From an uncultured Chloroflexia bacterium (lineage in GTDB: Bacteria; Chloroflexota; Limnocylindria; Limnocylindrales; CSP1-4): a DNA stretch of 64,000 bases. The position numbers were made by a program, and so were the translations under genes. This document shows, one piece after another, positions 1 through 9,136 of the stretch. The notes beneath the pieces are model-generated. The model did not search any database. It had not been told where the DNA came from and saw nothing but the letters and a program-made list of their open reading frames with translations. The first letter of the stretch is position 1. Each line of letters begins with the position of its first letter. The DNA lies in NCBI GenBank assembly GCA_963707215.1, contig CAVPPB010000001.1:352001-416000 (forward strand). Reading direction: 5' to 3'.

Positions 1-329
1 AGCAGCCGCAGCAGGTCGAGCGCCGCCGGCAGCCCCGGCTCCCGCGCCTCGACCAGGCGGTCCGGCGCCGCCAGGAGGGCGACGAGCCCGATCGCCACCA
101 GCCCGAGGTGGACCGGCGGTCCCAGCCGCCCCAGGCGGCGGACGGACAGGTGGGCGTAGGCGTAGCCGAGCAGGAGCGCACCCTGGAACGTCGCCAGGAT
201 CACCGCCCACGTCCCGGGCGCGCCCCCGAACGCCGGCAGGGCGAGCCGGCCGACGAGCGGCTGGACCGAGAACAGCAGGAAGGCCGAGAGGCCGATGGCC
301 GTGGCGAAGGTGAGAGCGAGCGTCCGCAC
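1..329 (-). CDS. Fused MFS-like/spermidine synthase family membrane protein, N-terminal part (runs off window)
   Basis: Manual translation from GTG 329 gives VRTLALTFATAIGLSAFLLFSVQPLVGRLALPAFGGAPGTWAVILATFQGALLLGYAYAHL, the typical N-terminus of this family. Not in the ORF track. Confidence 0.8.
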   Translation of the reverse strand, partial: MRTLALTFATAIGLSAFLLFSVQPLVGRLALPAFGGAPGTWAVILATFQGALLLGYAYAHLSVRRLGRLGPPVHLGLVAIGLVALLAAPDRLVEAREPGLPAALDLLRL

Positions 330-530
330 GGGGACATTGTCCGCGCTCCGAACACTGCCGGCAGGCCGCTCGACCGGGGGCCCGCAGCCGGTGGCTGGGC
401 CTGCCGAACGGCAGGCGGCGGTCCCGATGCGAGGGCCGGGCGGTCCCCGCCGACCGTGACCTTCGGACGGTGGCGTCCGGGGTCCCGACGCCGCACGCTG
501 CGGACGTCAATCCAGCGCGAGGTCGTCCCC

Positions 531-998
531 GTGTCCCTTGCCGCCCGGATCCGTTCGATCCACCCGGCCATCATCCTGATGGCGCTCGACGCCTTCGGCT
601 TCGTCGTGGCGTCGTACCTGTCCGTCGTCGAGCTGCAGGGCCAGCTGCCCTACTGCGGCCCACTGTCCGGCTGCGAGACGGTCGCGCTCTCGGAGTACGC
701 CCGCATCGGCGGGCCTGAGGGGCTGCCGGTCGCGGTCCTGGGCGTCTTCCTGTCGGCCGCCCTGTTCACCTTTGCCTTCGCCTGGTGGCGGACAAACGCG
801 ACCTGGGCCCTGGCGGCCCACTACTTCCTGTCGCTGGTGGGGATGCTCTTCGAGGTCTACTTCACGGTCGTCGAGATCTTCATCATCCACGCCGTGTGCA
901 TCTGGTGCGCCCTGTACGGGATCAGCCTGGTCCTGCGCTTCATCATCTCGGCGATCGTCTGGTTCCGACGCCCGAAGCGCGTCCCCGAGACCGCCTGA
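531..998 (+). CDS. Vitamin K epoxide reductase (VKOR) family protein
   Basis: Loop cysteines CGPLSGCETV..SEYA, four TM segments and a CIWC redox motif. Start trimmed to GTG 531. Confidence 0.9.
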   Translation: MSLAARIRSIHPAIILMALDAFGFVVASYLSVVELQGQLPYCGPLSGCETVALSEYARIGGPEGLPVAVLGVFLSAALFTFAFAWWRTNATWALAAHYFLSLVGMLFEVYFTVVEIFIIHAVCIWCALYGISLVLRFIISAIVWFRRPKRVPETA

Positions 999-1033
999 CC
1001 GGCCGGGCCGAGGGTCGAGCGAGTGGCCCCCCG

Positions 1034-3289
1034 TCAGCCGAGGGATCGGCGGAAGGCCCGCCAGACGTAGTTCAGGACGAAGTACAGGCCGGCGAAGCTG
1101 CCGACCACGAAGACCAGGCCGGCCAGCGTCTTGAGGCTCACGTCGAGGACGACGACGTCCTCCGGGAGCTGGGTCACCACGGCCGAGCCGACGAGCAGGC
1201 CGGCCAGGATCAGGGCGATGAAGAGCCGCTCCATGATGGAGCCGACGTCGGCCCGGACTGCCTCCAGGTCCTTCGACAGGTCGCTCGTATCGATGTGGAC
1301 GCTAAGGCGACCGGACTGGTACTGGTCGATCCACTTGAGGGTGGCGTCCGACAGGCTGGGCGCCCGCCGGACGAGCTCCCGCGCCGTCCTCGTCGCCTGC
1401 CGCTGGACCGTCTTCGAGAGGTTATCGACGGTGAGCTGGTCCCGGATCAGGGTCACCGCCTCCGCCTTGGCCACGTCGAGGAGCGGGATCCGCGGCGACA
1501 GGGTGGCGATGGCCTCCTCGATCTGGAAGAGGGCCTTGAGGGCGATCGTCAGCTGCTCGTTCAGGCGGAGCCCGCGGTCGTACATCGCCGAGAGGATCGC
1601 GCCGATGACCGACTGCATCGAGGCGCTCGTCCCGTAGACGATGTAGCGCTGGACGATCCGGTCGACCTCCTCCTTGAAGGCCTTCACGTCCACCGGACGG
1701 GACGAGACGCTGACCGACAGGAGCACGGTGGCGATGGCGTCCGCATCGGGCTCGTCGATGGCCGAGACGAGATCGGCCAGGGCCATCCGGAGCTGCTGGT
1801 CGAGCTCCCCGACCATGCCCAGGTCGAGCAGGACGATCCGACCGGTCGCCGGCTCGAACCAGATGTTCCCGGGGTGCGGGTCGCCGTGGAAGAAGCCGTC
1901 GAACATGACCTGCTTGACCATGGCCCGGGTCAGGTCTTCGGCCAGGACGTCCCGGTCGGCTCCGGCAGCGTCGATCGCGGCGGCGTCGCTCAGCTTGACG
2001 CCGCGGATGAACTCCATCGTGAGGATCCGGCGGCTCGAGCGGTCCGCGGTCACGGTCGGGATATGGACCGCCGGGTAGCGCTCCATGCTCGCCGTGACCC
2101 GGCGCATGTTGTACGACTCGTTCGTGTAGTCGAGCTCGCGGACGACGTTCTGGCCGAACTCGTTGATGAACGACGAGAGGCCCAGGCGGGCGACCGCCGG
2201 GCTGCGCCGCTCCAGCGAGCGGACGACCTGGCGCATGATGCTCAGGTCGGCTCGCACCGTGACGTCGATGTCGGGCCGTTGGACCTTGACCACGACGTCG
2301 GTGCCGTCGTGCAGGGTGGCCCGGTGGACCTGGGCCGTCGAGGCGGCCGCAAGGGGCTCGTGCTCGAACATCAGGTAGAGCTCGTCGGGGCGGGCGCCGA
2401 GCTCGGCCACGATGGTGCTCTCGACCTCCTCCCACGGGAACGGCGCGACCGTGCTCTGGAGCTTCTCCAGCTCGGACGCCCACTCCGGCGGCAGTGCCTC
2501 CGCTCGTGACGACAGCATCTGGCCGATCTTGACGTAGGTCGGACCGAGGTCCTGGAGCAGGTAGCGGAACGTCCGCGGCAGGTCCTCGGTCGTGAGGATG
2601 GCGCGATCCGGGTACAGCCAGGCCTGCATCCGCCGCCGGATCGGAGCGAACGGCGTGCGGTCGATGGTCACCTGGGTCGCGTAGCGGCCGAGGATGCTGA
2701 GGGTCTGGATGAGGCGCAGGTTGTCGACGACGGTGTTCCGGCCGCCGACCGACAACCGGCCCAGGATCTGCCAGTACCAGCGCGACGACTGGGCGTCTTC
2801 CACGAACAGGGCCCCGAAGCCGAAGATGCCGTCGATCAAGTAGAGCAACCCGGAGAGGAGCACCGTGGTCGCGAGGATCCAGAGGAGGGCCGGGTCCCAG
2901 GTGATCGACCAGTAACCGGGCGTCAGCCAACCCGTGAGCACCAGGATGATGGCGTCGATGAGGATGCCGACCAGACCGAACGACCAGAAGATGAGGCGGG
3001 CCAGGAGGAACATCAGGATCGGACGGACCAGCGTCCGGAGCACGAGCAGGAGGAGCGCCGCGACGATGACGTCGCCGATCGGCCCCAACAGCTCGTCCTG
3101 GCCCGCGGTGATGGTCAGCCACGGACTCAGCACCAGGGCGATGGCGAGCGCGACGAGCGTCAGGAGGAAGCGGAACAGGTACAGCGCCAGCATCCGCCAC
3201 CGGGATGGCCGCTCGGCTTCGGCTGCAGGTTCGAGGCTGGCGACGATGACCGAGGGATCCTGTTCGGTCACGGGCGTTTCGGATGCCAT
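1034..3289 (-). CDS. AarF/ABC1/UbiB kinase with N-terminal 4-TM holin-like (YvlD-type) membrane domain
   Basis: LGPTYVKIGQMLS, PLAAASTAQVHRA, VVVKVQRP, FFHGDPHPGN and LLDLGMVG motifs; hydrophobic N-terminus with LVRPIL..FGL..I.IDAIIL. Confidence 0.88.
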   Translation of the reverse strand: MASETPVTEQDPSVIVASLEPAAEAERPSRWRMLALYLFRFLLTLVALAIALVLSPWLTITAGQDELLGPIGDVIVAALLLLVLRTLVRPILMFLLARLIFWSFGLVGILIDAIILVLTGWLTPGYWSITWDPALLWILATTVLLSGLLYLIDGIFGFGALFVEDAQSSRWYWQILGRLSVGGRNTVVDNLRLIQTLSILGRYATQVTIDRTPFAPIRRRMQAWLYPDRAILTTEDLPRTFRYLLQDLGPTYVKIGQMLSSRAEALPPEWASELEKLQSTVAPFPWEEVESTIVAELGARPDELYLMFEHEPLAAASTAQVHRATLHDGTDVVVKVQRPDIDVTVRADLSIMRQVVRSLERRSPAVARLGLSSFINEFGQNVVRELDYTNESYNMRRVTASMERYPAVHIPTVTADRSSRRILTMEFIRGVKLSDAAAIDAAGADRDVLAEDLTRAMVKQVMFDGFFHGDPHPGNIWFEPATGRIVLLDLGMVGELDQQLRMALADLVSAIDEPDADAIATVLLSVSVSSRPVDVKAFKEEVDRIVQRYIVYGTSASMQSVIGAILSAMYDRGLRLNEQLTIALKALFQIEEAIATLSPRIPLLDVAKAEAVTLIRDQLTVDNLSKTVQRQATRTARELVRRAPSLSDATLKWIDQYQSGRLSVHIDTSDLSKDLEAVRADVGSIMERLFIALILAGLLVGSAVVTQLPEDVVVLDVSLKTLAGLVFVVGSFAGLYFVLNYVWRAFRRSLG

Positions 3290-3352
3290 GGGTCGATTAT
3301 GGCGGGGTACCGAGCCGGGCGCCGGCCGGATGGGCGTCCGGGCGAACGGTGC

Positions 3353-4066
3353 TCAGGCGGCCCGCGGGAGGCCGCCGGGCCCTGCCGCGGACCCGGCCGG
3401 CGGAGCCATCTCCCCCGCGCCGGACTCGACGCCCGGGTACTCGGGGGTCCGGAGCAGGCCGAACGCGTCGAGCGGCCAGTACCGGAGGAAGGCCCGACCG
3501 ATGACCGAGGACTCGGGCACCGGACCGAAGGTGCGCGAATCGGCCGACGCCTCTCGGTGGTCGCCCATCACGAAGACCTCCCCGGGTGGCACCTGCCAGC
3601 GCGACTGGCCGCTCGTCGGGTCGGTCGGCTGGGCGTTGCCGTCCAGCTCCTGGAAGACGTATGGCTCGGCGAGCTGGGTCCCGTTGACCCAGACGCTCCC
3701 GTCGCGCAGCTCCACCGTATCGCCGGGCTCGCCGATCACCCGCTTGATGAACGGGGTCCGGTCGCCGTCGGGCGACCAGCCCTCGGGGGGCTCGAAGACG
3801 ACGATGTCGCCCCGCGAGTAGCTGTCCCAGCGCGGCGTCAGCTTGTCGACGAGGACGTACTCGCCCGGCTCGAGGGTCCGCTGCATCGACTGCTGGCGGA
3901 CCTGGTACGGCTGGGCGATGAAGGTCTGGATGACGAAGAAGATCACGACCGTCAGGACGACGGTCTCGAGGATCTCGAACAGGCAGCCCAGCGTCCGTCT
4001 CCCGGGAGACGGCGTCGTCGTGGCGGGCGGCGCCGGCGGCTCCACCGGGGGGTACGAGGGGGTCAC
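3353..4066 (-). CDS. lepB: Signal peptidase I
   Basis: QSMQRTL (catalytic Ser), FIKRVIGEPGD (Lys), MGDHREASADSR. Start set to GTG 4066, 8 nt after TATACT. Confidence 0.92.
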   Translation of the reverse strand: MTPSYPPVEPPAPPATTTPSPGRRTLGCLFEILETVVLTVVIFFVIQTFIAQPYQVRQQSMQRTLEPGEYVLVDKLTPRWDSYSRGDIVVFEPPEGWSPDGDRTPFIKRVIGEPGDTVELRDGSVWVNGTQLAEPYVFQELDGNAQPTDPTSGQSRWQVPPGEVFVMGDHREASADSRTFGPVPESSVIGRAFLRYWPLDAFGLLRTPEYPGVESGAGEMAPPAGSAAGPGGLPRAA

Positions 4067-4119
4067 GGGTGGGGAGTATAGGGCTGCACGACGGTCCACG
4101 GATGGGGCACCATCGTCCC

Positions 4120-5217
4120 ATGCGTGCCGCCGTCCTCGACCAGCCCGGCCAGCCACTCCGCATCGAGCCACTGGAGCTCGGTCCACCCGGACCCGGCGAG
4201 GTCCTCGTCCGGATCGAGGCATCGGGTGTCTGCCACTCGGATCTCCACGTCCGTGACGGTGAGTGGCCGCGGGCCACGCCGATCGTGCTGGGGCACGAGG
4301 GAGCGGGCGTCGTCGAGGCGGTCGGGCCGGACGTCGACCCGGGCCGGATGGGCGAGCGGGTCGCCCTGTCCTGGTACTACCCGTGCCTGCGTTGCCGGGC
4401 CTGCCAGACCGGCCGCCAGTGGCTCTGCAGCGGTTCCGGCTCGCTCCAGCACCGGCAGGCGGACGGCACGACCCGGCTGCGACGGGCCGACGGGACGCCC
4501 GTCCTGGCCAACCTGGCCATCGGGACCTTCGCCGAACAGACCGTCGTCCCCTCGTCGGCGGCCATCGCGATGCCCAGTGGCACGCCGCGCGAGGTCGCAG
4601 CCCTCATCGGCTGCTGTGTCGCCACCGGCGTGGGAGCCGTTACCAAGACGGCGGCCGTCGCGGCCGGGTCCAGCGTCGCCGTCTGGGGGCTCGGGGGAGT
4701 CGGCCTGTCGATCGTCATGGGCGCGGTCCTCGCGGGCGCGACACCGATCGTGGCCGTCGATCGCGAGCCCGCCAAGCTCGAGCGCGCCCGCGAGCTCGGG
4801 GCGACGGACCTCGTCGACGCTGGGATCGGCGCCGCGGCCACGGTCGAGGCCGTGCGCGCGGCCACGGCCGGAGGCCCGGACTTCGCGTTCGAGGCGATCG
4901 GCCTGACCGCCACCATCGAGCAGGTCATCGGGGTGCTCCCGCCGGGCGGCACCGCCGTGCTCGTCGGGCTGACGCCCTTCGGCCAGCGCGCGAGGTTCGA
5001 CGTCTTCCCGTTCGTCGACGGGAGCCGGCGCATCCTGGGCTCGAACTACGGCGCGGCGGTCGCAGCCGTGGACTTCCCGGCCTATGCGGCGCTCCACCTC
5101 GCCGGCCGGCTGCCCATCGACCGCCTGATCGATGAGCGCATCCCGCTCGACGGGATCGAGGCCGCCTTCGAGGCCATGCGGCGCGGCGAGGGAGTGCGCC
5201 GGATCGTCGTTCCCTAG
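4120..5217 (+). CDS. Zn-dependent alcohol dehydrogenase (class III-like MDR)
   Basis: GVCHSD, GHEGAG, structural Zn motif CxxCxxCx7C, GLGGVG. Confidence 0.92.
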   Translation: MRAAVLDQPGQPLRIEPLELGPPGPGEVLVRIEASGVCHSDLHVRDGEWPRATPIVLGHEGAGVVEAVGPDVDPGRMGERVALSWYYPCLRCRACQTGRQWLCSGSGSLQHRQADGTTRLRRADGTPVLANLAIGTFAEQTVVPSSAAIAMPSGTPREVAALIGCCVATGVGAVTKTAAVAAGSSVAVWGLGGVGLSIVMGAVLAGATPIVAVDREPAKLERARELGATDLVDAGIGAAATVEAVRAATAGGPDFAFEAIGLTATIEQVIGVLPPGGTAVLVGLTPFGQRARFDVFPFVDGSRRILGSNYGAAVAAVDFPAYAALHLAGRLPIDRLIDERIPLDGIEAAFEAMRRGEGVRRIVVP

Positions 5218-6121
5218 CCGACCGGCGGGACCGGCCGCTCGTGGACCACGGGCGGCAGGTCGAGGCCCTCGACGTGCTCGGCGACCTCGGCGCAAGTGGC
5301 GATCCAGAGGCCGTCGATCGAGCGGGCCAGCTCGATGAGGCGCTCCAGGGCCTCGGCCCGGGAGGGGCGACCGCTGACGAACGGGTGCATCGTCAGGACG
5401 AACAGGCCGCCCTCGCGGGCATCGCCTCCAGCTCCAGCGACCAGCGCTCCAGGACGACCGAGGGGCTCAGGATGACCCCCGAGCCGGTCAGGCCCGGGTA
5501 GTAGTCGTAGGGCTGCCAATCGTCGAGCGACCAGTGGGCCGGGAGCTCCACCAGGGAGGCCGCATCCGGCCGCGGCGAGACGGCCAGCCGGTACGGCCGG
5601 TCGCTGTCCATCAGGCCGGAGTCGTAGCGGAAGCCGTGACGGGCCAGCAGCTCGGGCAGCTCCCAGGTCATCTCCCAGCTCGGGGCCCGGTAGCCGATGG
5701 GCCTGACGCCGAGGACGCGGTCGAGGGCCTCGAGCCCGCGCAGCAGGGTCGCTTCTTCCGTCGCCGGGTCGGCGCCCCGCGATCCCTCGTGGAGATAGCC
5801 GTGATGGGCGATCTCGTGGCCGGCATCGCGGACCGCCCGGGCCGCCGCCGGCCAGCGCTCCGCCGAGAAGCCGGGGATGAAGAACGTCCCCCGGATCCCC
5901 TGTCGCTCGAGGATCCGGGGGACGGCAACCCTGGGCCCGTACGCCTGGTGTGACATCACGTCGAGGTGGGCCGCCGTCTCCGGGTGGTCGACGAGCATGA
6001 CCGCCTCGGCATCGAGGTCGAAGGTGAAGCAGGCGGCCGCCCGGACACCGGGAGGCCAGGCGAACCCGGGCGGCAGGGGCGACGCGCTCGGCCGCTCGCC
6101 GATCTCGACCATCCACGGCAC
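5214..6121 (-). CDS. Polysaccharide deacetylase (PuuE/PgdA-like), frameshift near 5420
   Basis: TFDLD, HHGYLHE, GYRAP and LDDW in one frame; C-terminal LTMHPFVSGRPSR in another frame. Confidence 0.85.
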
Positions 6122-6219
6122 TCCCTGCGGATCAGTGCCGTCGATCGTGGCGAACGCGCCGCCAGCCGGGCCTCGCCGACGTCCTCCGCCCCGCTGGCGT
6201 CCTCGGGTACCGTGGTCGG

Positions 6220-7236
6220 GTGCCCGAGATCGAGCTCGCCGCCCACGTCGACGACGCCGCCCGCTCGACCGGCTTCTCGGGCGTCGTCCGGATCGACGGC
6301 CCGGCCGGGATCCGGCTCGTCCGGGCCTACGGACTGGCCGATCGCCGCCACCGGGTCCCGAACACGGCCGAGACCCGGTTCGCCATCGCCAGCGGCGTCA
6401 AGGGGATGACCGCCGTCACGGTCATGAGCCTCGTGGTCGACGGGACCCTGGCGCTCGACACGACGGCCCGCTCGGTGCTGGGGCGGGACCTGCCGCTGAT
6501 CGACGATCGGGTCACCGTGGAGCAGCTCCTGGCGCACCGGTCGGGCATCGGTGACTACCTCGACGAATCGGCGGTCGACGAGATCAACGACCACGTGATG
6601 ACCGTCCCGGTCCACCTGCTGGCGACGGCCGAGGAGTACCTGGCCGTGCTCGACGGCCATCCCCAGGCCTTCCCGCCCGGCGAGCGGTTCGCCTACTGCA
6701 ACGGCGGCTACGTGGTCCTGGCGCTCATCGCCGAGCGGGTCAGCGGCACCGCCTTCCCGGATCTCGTCGGCGAGCGGGTGTTCACGCCGGCCGGCATGGC
6801 CGCGAGTGCGTTCCTCCGCTCCGACGAGCTTCCGGGCGACACCGCGGTCGGGTACCTCCACGTAGACGGCCTGCGGACGAACGCCCTCCACCTGCCGGTG
6901 CGCGGCAGTGGCGACGGCGGCCTGTACACGACGGCGGCCGACGTCCGGGCCTTCTGGCGAGCCCTGCTCGAGGGGACGCTGCTGCCCGTCGAGACGGTGC
7001 GGATGATGACCTTCCCCCGGAGCCGCTCGGCGTCCGGCCGGAGGCGCTACGGCCTGGGGTTCTGGCTGGACGGGAGCGGTCCGGGGATCGTCCTGGAGGG
7101 CTACGACGCCGGCGTCTCCTTCCGCAGCGAGCATGACCCGCTCACCGGCACGACCACGACGGTCCTGGCGAACACCAGCGAGGGCGCCTGGGCCATGCTC
7201 GAGGGCCTCGACGCGGCCGACCCGACGGGAGGCTAG
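6220..7236 (+). CDS. Serine hydrolase, beta-lactamase class C-like family
   Basis: SxxK (SGVK), LLAHRSG and YxN (YCN) motifs. Confidence 0.88.
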   Translation: MPEIELAAHVDDAARSTGFSGVVRIDGPAGIRLVRAYGLADRRHRVPNTAETRFAIASGVKGMTAVTVMSLVVDGTLALDTTARSVLGRDLPLIDDRVTVEQLLAHRSGIGDYLDESAVDEINDHVMTVPVHLLATAEEYLAVLDGHPQAFPPGERFAYCNGGYVVLALIAERVSGTAFPDLVGERVFTPAGMAASAFLRSDELPGDTAVGYLHVDGLRTNALHLPVRGSGDGGLYTTAADVRAFWRALLEGTLLPVETVRMMTFPRSRSASGRRRYGLGFWLDGSGPGIVLEGYDAGVSFRSEHDPLTGTTTTVLANTSEGAWAMLEGLDAADPTGG

Positions 7237-7243
7237 CGGCCGG

Positions 7244-8137
7244 TCAGCCGGCCGGCGATCGCAGCAGCAGGCCGATCAGAAATCCGGCCAGGGCCGACAG
7301 GAGCCCGACCCCGACCATCTCGAGCGCCGGCCGCCACGGGGGATCCCCGACGGCCCGGGCCCGGACCGCCCCGACGAGCGCCAGCACAGCGCCGCCGGCC
7401 ACGACGGCGACGAGCGCCGCCGAGCCGACCGGGAGGAGGATGAAGGGGGTCAGCGGTACCGCGGATCCCGCGAGCGTGGAGACCCCGACGATGGCGGCCG
7501 CTCTGCCCGGATGGCGCTCACGGACCGGCGCCAGGGCGACCCTGAGCGCGTCGACCTCGACCAGCCAGGTCTCGCGCTCATGATCGAGGACCCGCTCGAG
7601 CGCGACCACCCGGCCCGGCTCCCAGCCGTCCGCCTCGACGGCCAACCTGATCCCGCCGGCCCGTTCCCGGGCCCGCTCGTCCATCCGGCCGCGAAGTCGC
7701 CGTCCGACAACCTGGATCCAGGATGTCTCGGCGCCCGAGGCGGTGAAAGCGACCCCGGCCATCGCGATCGACTCGGCCATGGCCGCCGCCAGGCCGGCCG
7801 TGACGATGACCCTCGTGTCGCTGGTGGCGGCGGCCAGCCCGAGGCTCAGCCCGAGGACGTTCACGAGCCCGTCCTGCCCGCCGAGGATGACGTCCCGCAG
7901 AAGGGCGACCCAGCGTGCGCCGAGTCCGGCCGGCGGCTGCGCCGGAGCGAAGACCGAGCGCTCGACCGGGCCGTCGGGCTCGGCCCGGGGAGCGGGCTCG
8001 ACCGGGCCGTCGGGCTCGGCCCGGGGATCGGGTTCGGTCCGAGGAGCGGGTTCGGCCGTCCCGGCGGCGAAGCGCTCCGGTGGCCGCGCCTCGTCTCCCG
8101 GAGCGACCTCTCTCGGCCGTCCCACGTCGTCGCCCAT
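7244..8137 (-). CDS. VIT1/CCC1 family metal (Fe/Mn) transporter
   Basis: LRDVILGGQDGLVNVLG, AESIAMAG and VPLTPF motifs; GGAGG RBS before ATG 8137. Confidence 0.85.
   Translation of the reverse strand: MGDDVGRPREVAPGDEARPPERFAAGTAEPAPRTEPDPRAEPDGPVEPAPRAEPDGPVERSVFAPAQPPAGLGARWVALLRDVILGGQDGLVNVLGLSLGLAAATSDTRVIVTAGLAAAMAESIAMAGVAFTASGAETSWIQVVGRRLRGRMDERARERAGGIRLAVEADGWEPGRVVALERVLDHERETWLVEVDALRVALAPVRERHPGRAAAIVGVSTLAGSAVPLTPFILLPVGSAALVAVVAGGAVLALVGAVRARAVGDPPWRPALEMVGVGLLSALAGFLIGLLLRSPAG
7960..8031. repeat. 36-bp tandem duplication (2 copies, 1 mismatch) in the VIT1 N-terminal linker
   Basis: gctcgaccgggccgtcgggctcggcccgggga(g/t)cgg at 7960 and 7996; encodes PRAEPDGPVE twice. Confidence 0.9.
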
Positions 8138-8202
8138 CGACACCTCCAGCGCCCCGCCGCCCCGCGTCCGCCGAGTGTCCCATCGCAGCGTTCCCGGGAC
8201 CC

Positions 8203-8307
8203 GGGCCGAAGCGGTCCCCGCTCGGGTCCGTTCGGCCCCAGCCGCGGACCCGGCCCGGGTACGTTCGGCCCTTGCCGGGGGCGCCGCGGGAGCGGGACCC
8301 TCGGCCC
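8203..8307. promoter_or_regulatory. Cluster of four DosR/DevR-like boxes between divergent VIT1 and CBS-cydAB
   Basis: GGGACcctcGGCCC 8294-8307, GGTACgttcGGCCC 8258-8271, GGTCCgttcGGCCC 8225-8238 and inverted gggccgaagcggtccc 8203-8218. Confidence 0.5.
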
Positions 8308-8347
8308 GAGCGACCGCCCGGTGGTCGGTCGTCGCGGAGGACCCGAG

Positions 8348-9058
8348 ATGAAGGTCGGCGAGATCATGAAACGGTCGGTCGTGACCGTTCGTCCGGGGGC
8401 CTCGCTTCGCGACGTCGCCGGGCTGCTCGTTGAGCACGGCATCAGCGGGGTCCCCGTCGTTGATGACTCGGGGGCCGTCCTCGGGGTCGTCTCGGAGGCC
8501 GACTTCCTGATCCGCGAGCGAGGCATCCCCGACGGGCGCCCGAGGCTCCTGGATCGGCTCTTCGGCCGCGGTGCGAGCCTGGCGGCCGACGAGCTGGCGA
8601 AGCTGGCCGCAAAGACCGCCGGCGAGGCCATGACGAGTCCCGCCGTCGTGGTGACCGCCGACACGGCGGTCCGCGAGGCGGCCCGGATCATGAGCGAGCG
8701 CCAGATCAACCGGCTGCCGGTCATCGACCGCGATCAGCTGACCGGGATCGTCACCCGGGCGGACATCGTCCGGGCGTTCGTGCGCACGGACGATGAGCTC
8801 CGGACCTCGATCCTCGACGAGGTCGTTCGGCGGGCGATGTGGCTCGACGATCGGGCCGTGTCGGTCGCGGTCGATGATGGTGTCGCCCGGATCTCCGGGA
8901 CGGTCGAGCGGCGCTCCGATGCGCCGATCCTCGAGCGGCTGGTCCGCGAGATCCCGGGCGTCCTCGACGTGAGGCTCGATGTGGGCTGGCGGGTCGACGA
9001 CAGGGACGTCGACCCGCCTCGGCAGGGGGTAGTCGGTCCGGCCTACGGACCGCGCTGA
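8348..9058 (+). CDS. CBS-pair + BON domain protein
   Basis: ISGVPVVD..GVVSEADF and INRLPVID..GIVTRADI CBS repeats; C-terminal VSVAVDDGVARISGTV..IPGVLDV BON domain; GGAGG RBS. Confidence 0.9.
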   Translation: MKVGEIMKRSVVTVRPGASLRDVAGLLVEHGISGVPVVDDSGAVLGVVSEADFLIRERGIPDGRPRLLDRLFGRGASLAADELAKLAAKTAGEAMTSPAVVVTADTAVREAARIMSERQINRLPVIDRDQLTGIVTRADIVRAFVRTDDELRTSILDEVVRRAMWLDDRAVSVAVDDGVARISGTVERRSDAPILERLVREIPGVLDVRLDVGWRVDDRDVDPPRQGVVGPAYGPR

Positions 9059-9136
9059 CCCGAAACGCCGCGGGGGCGGCACGGGTCGACCGAGAGGTGA
9101 CCCGGCATCCGGCGATGCGTCCCGCGAGGAGGTCCG

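Noticed and set aside
2800-3289. Prophage, suggested by the holin-like domain
   Set aside because: The domain is fused to a cellular kinase, and there are no integrase, structural or lysin genes.
6220-7236. Antibiotic resistance beta-lactamase
   Set aside because: It has no signal peptide and only generic serine hydrolase motifs, so resistance cannot be inferred.
7960-8031. Repeat as a CRISPR or mobile-element end
   Set aside because: It is two adjacent in-frame copies with no spacer, inside a coding linker.
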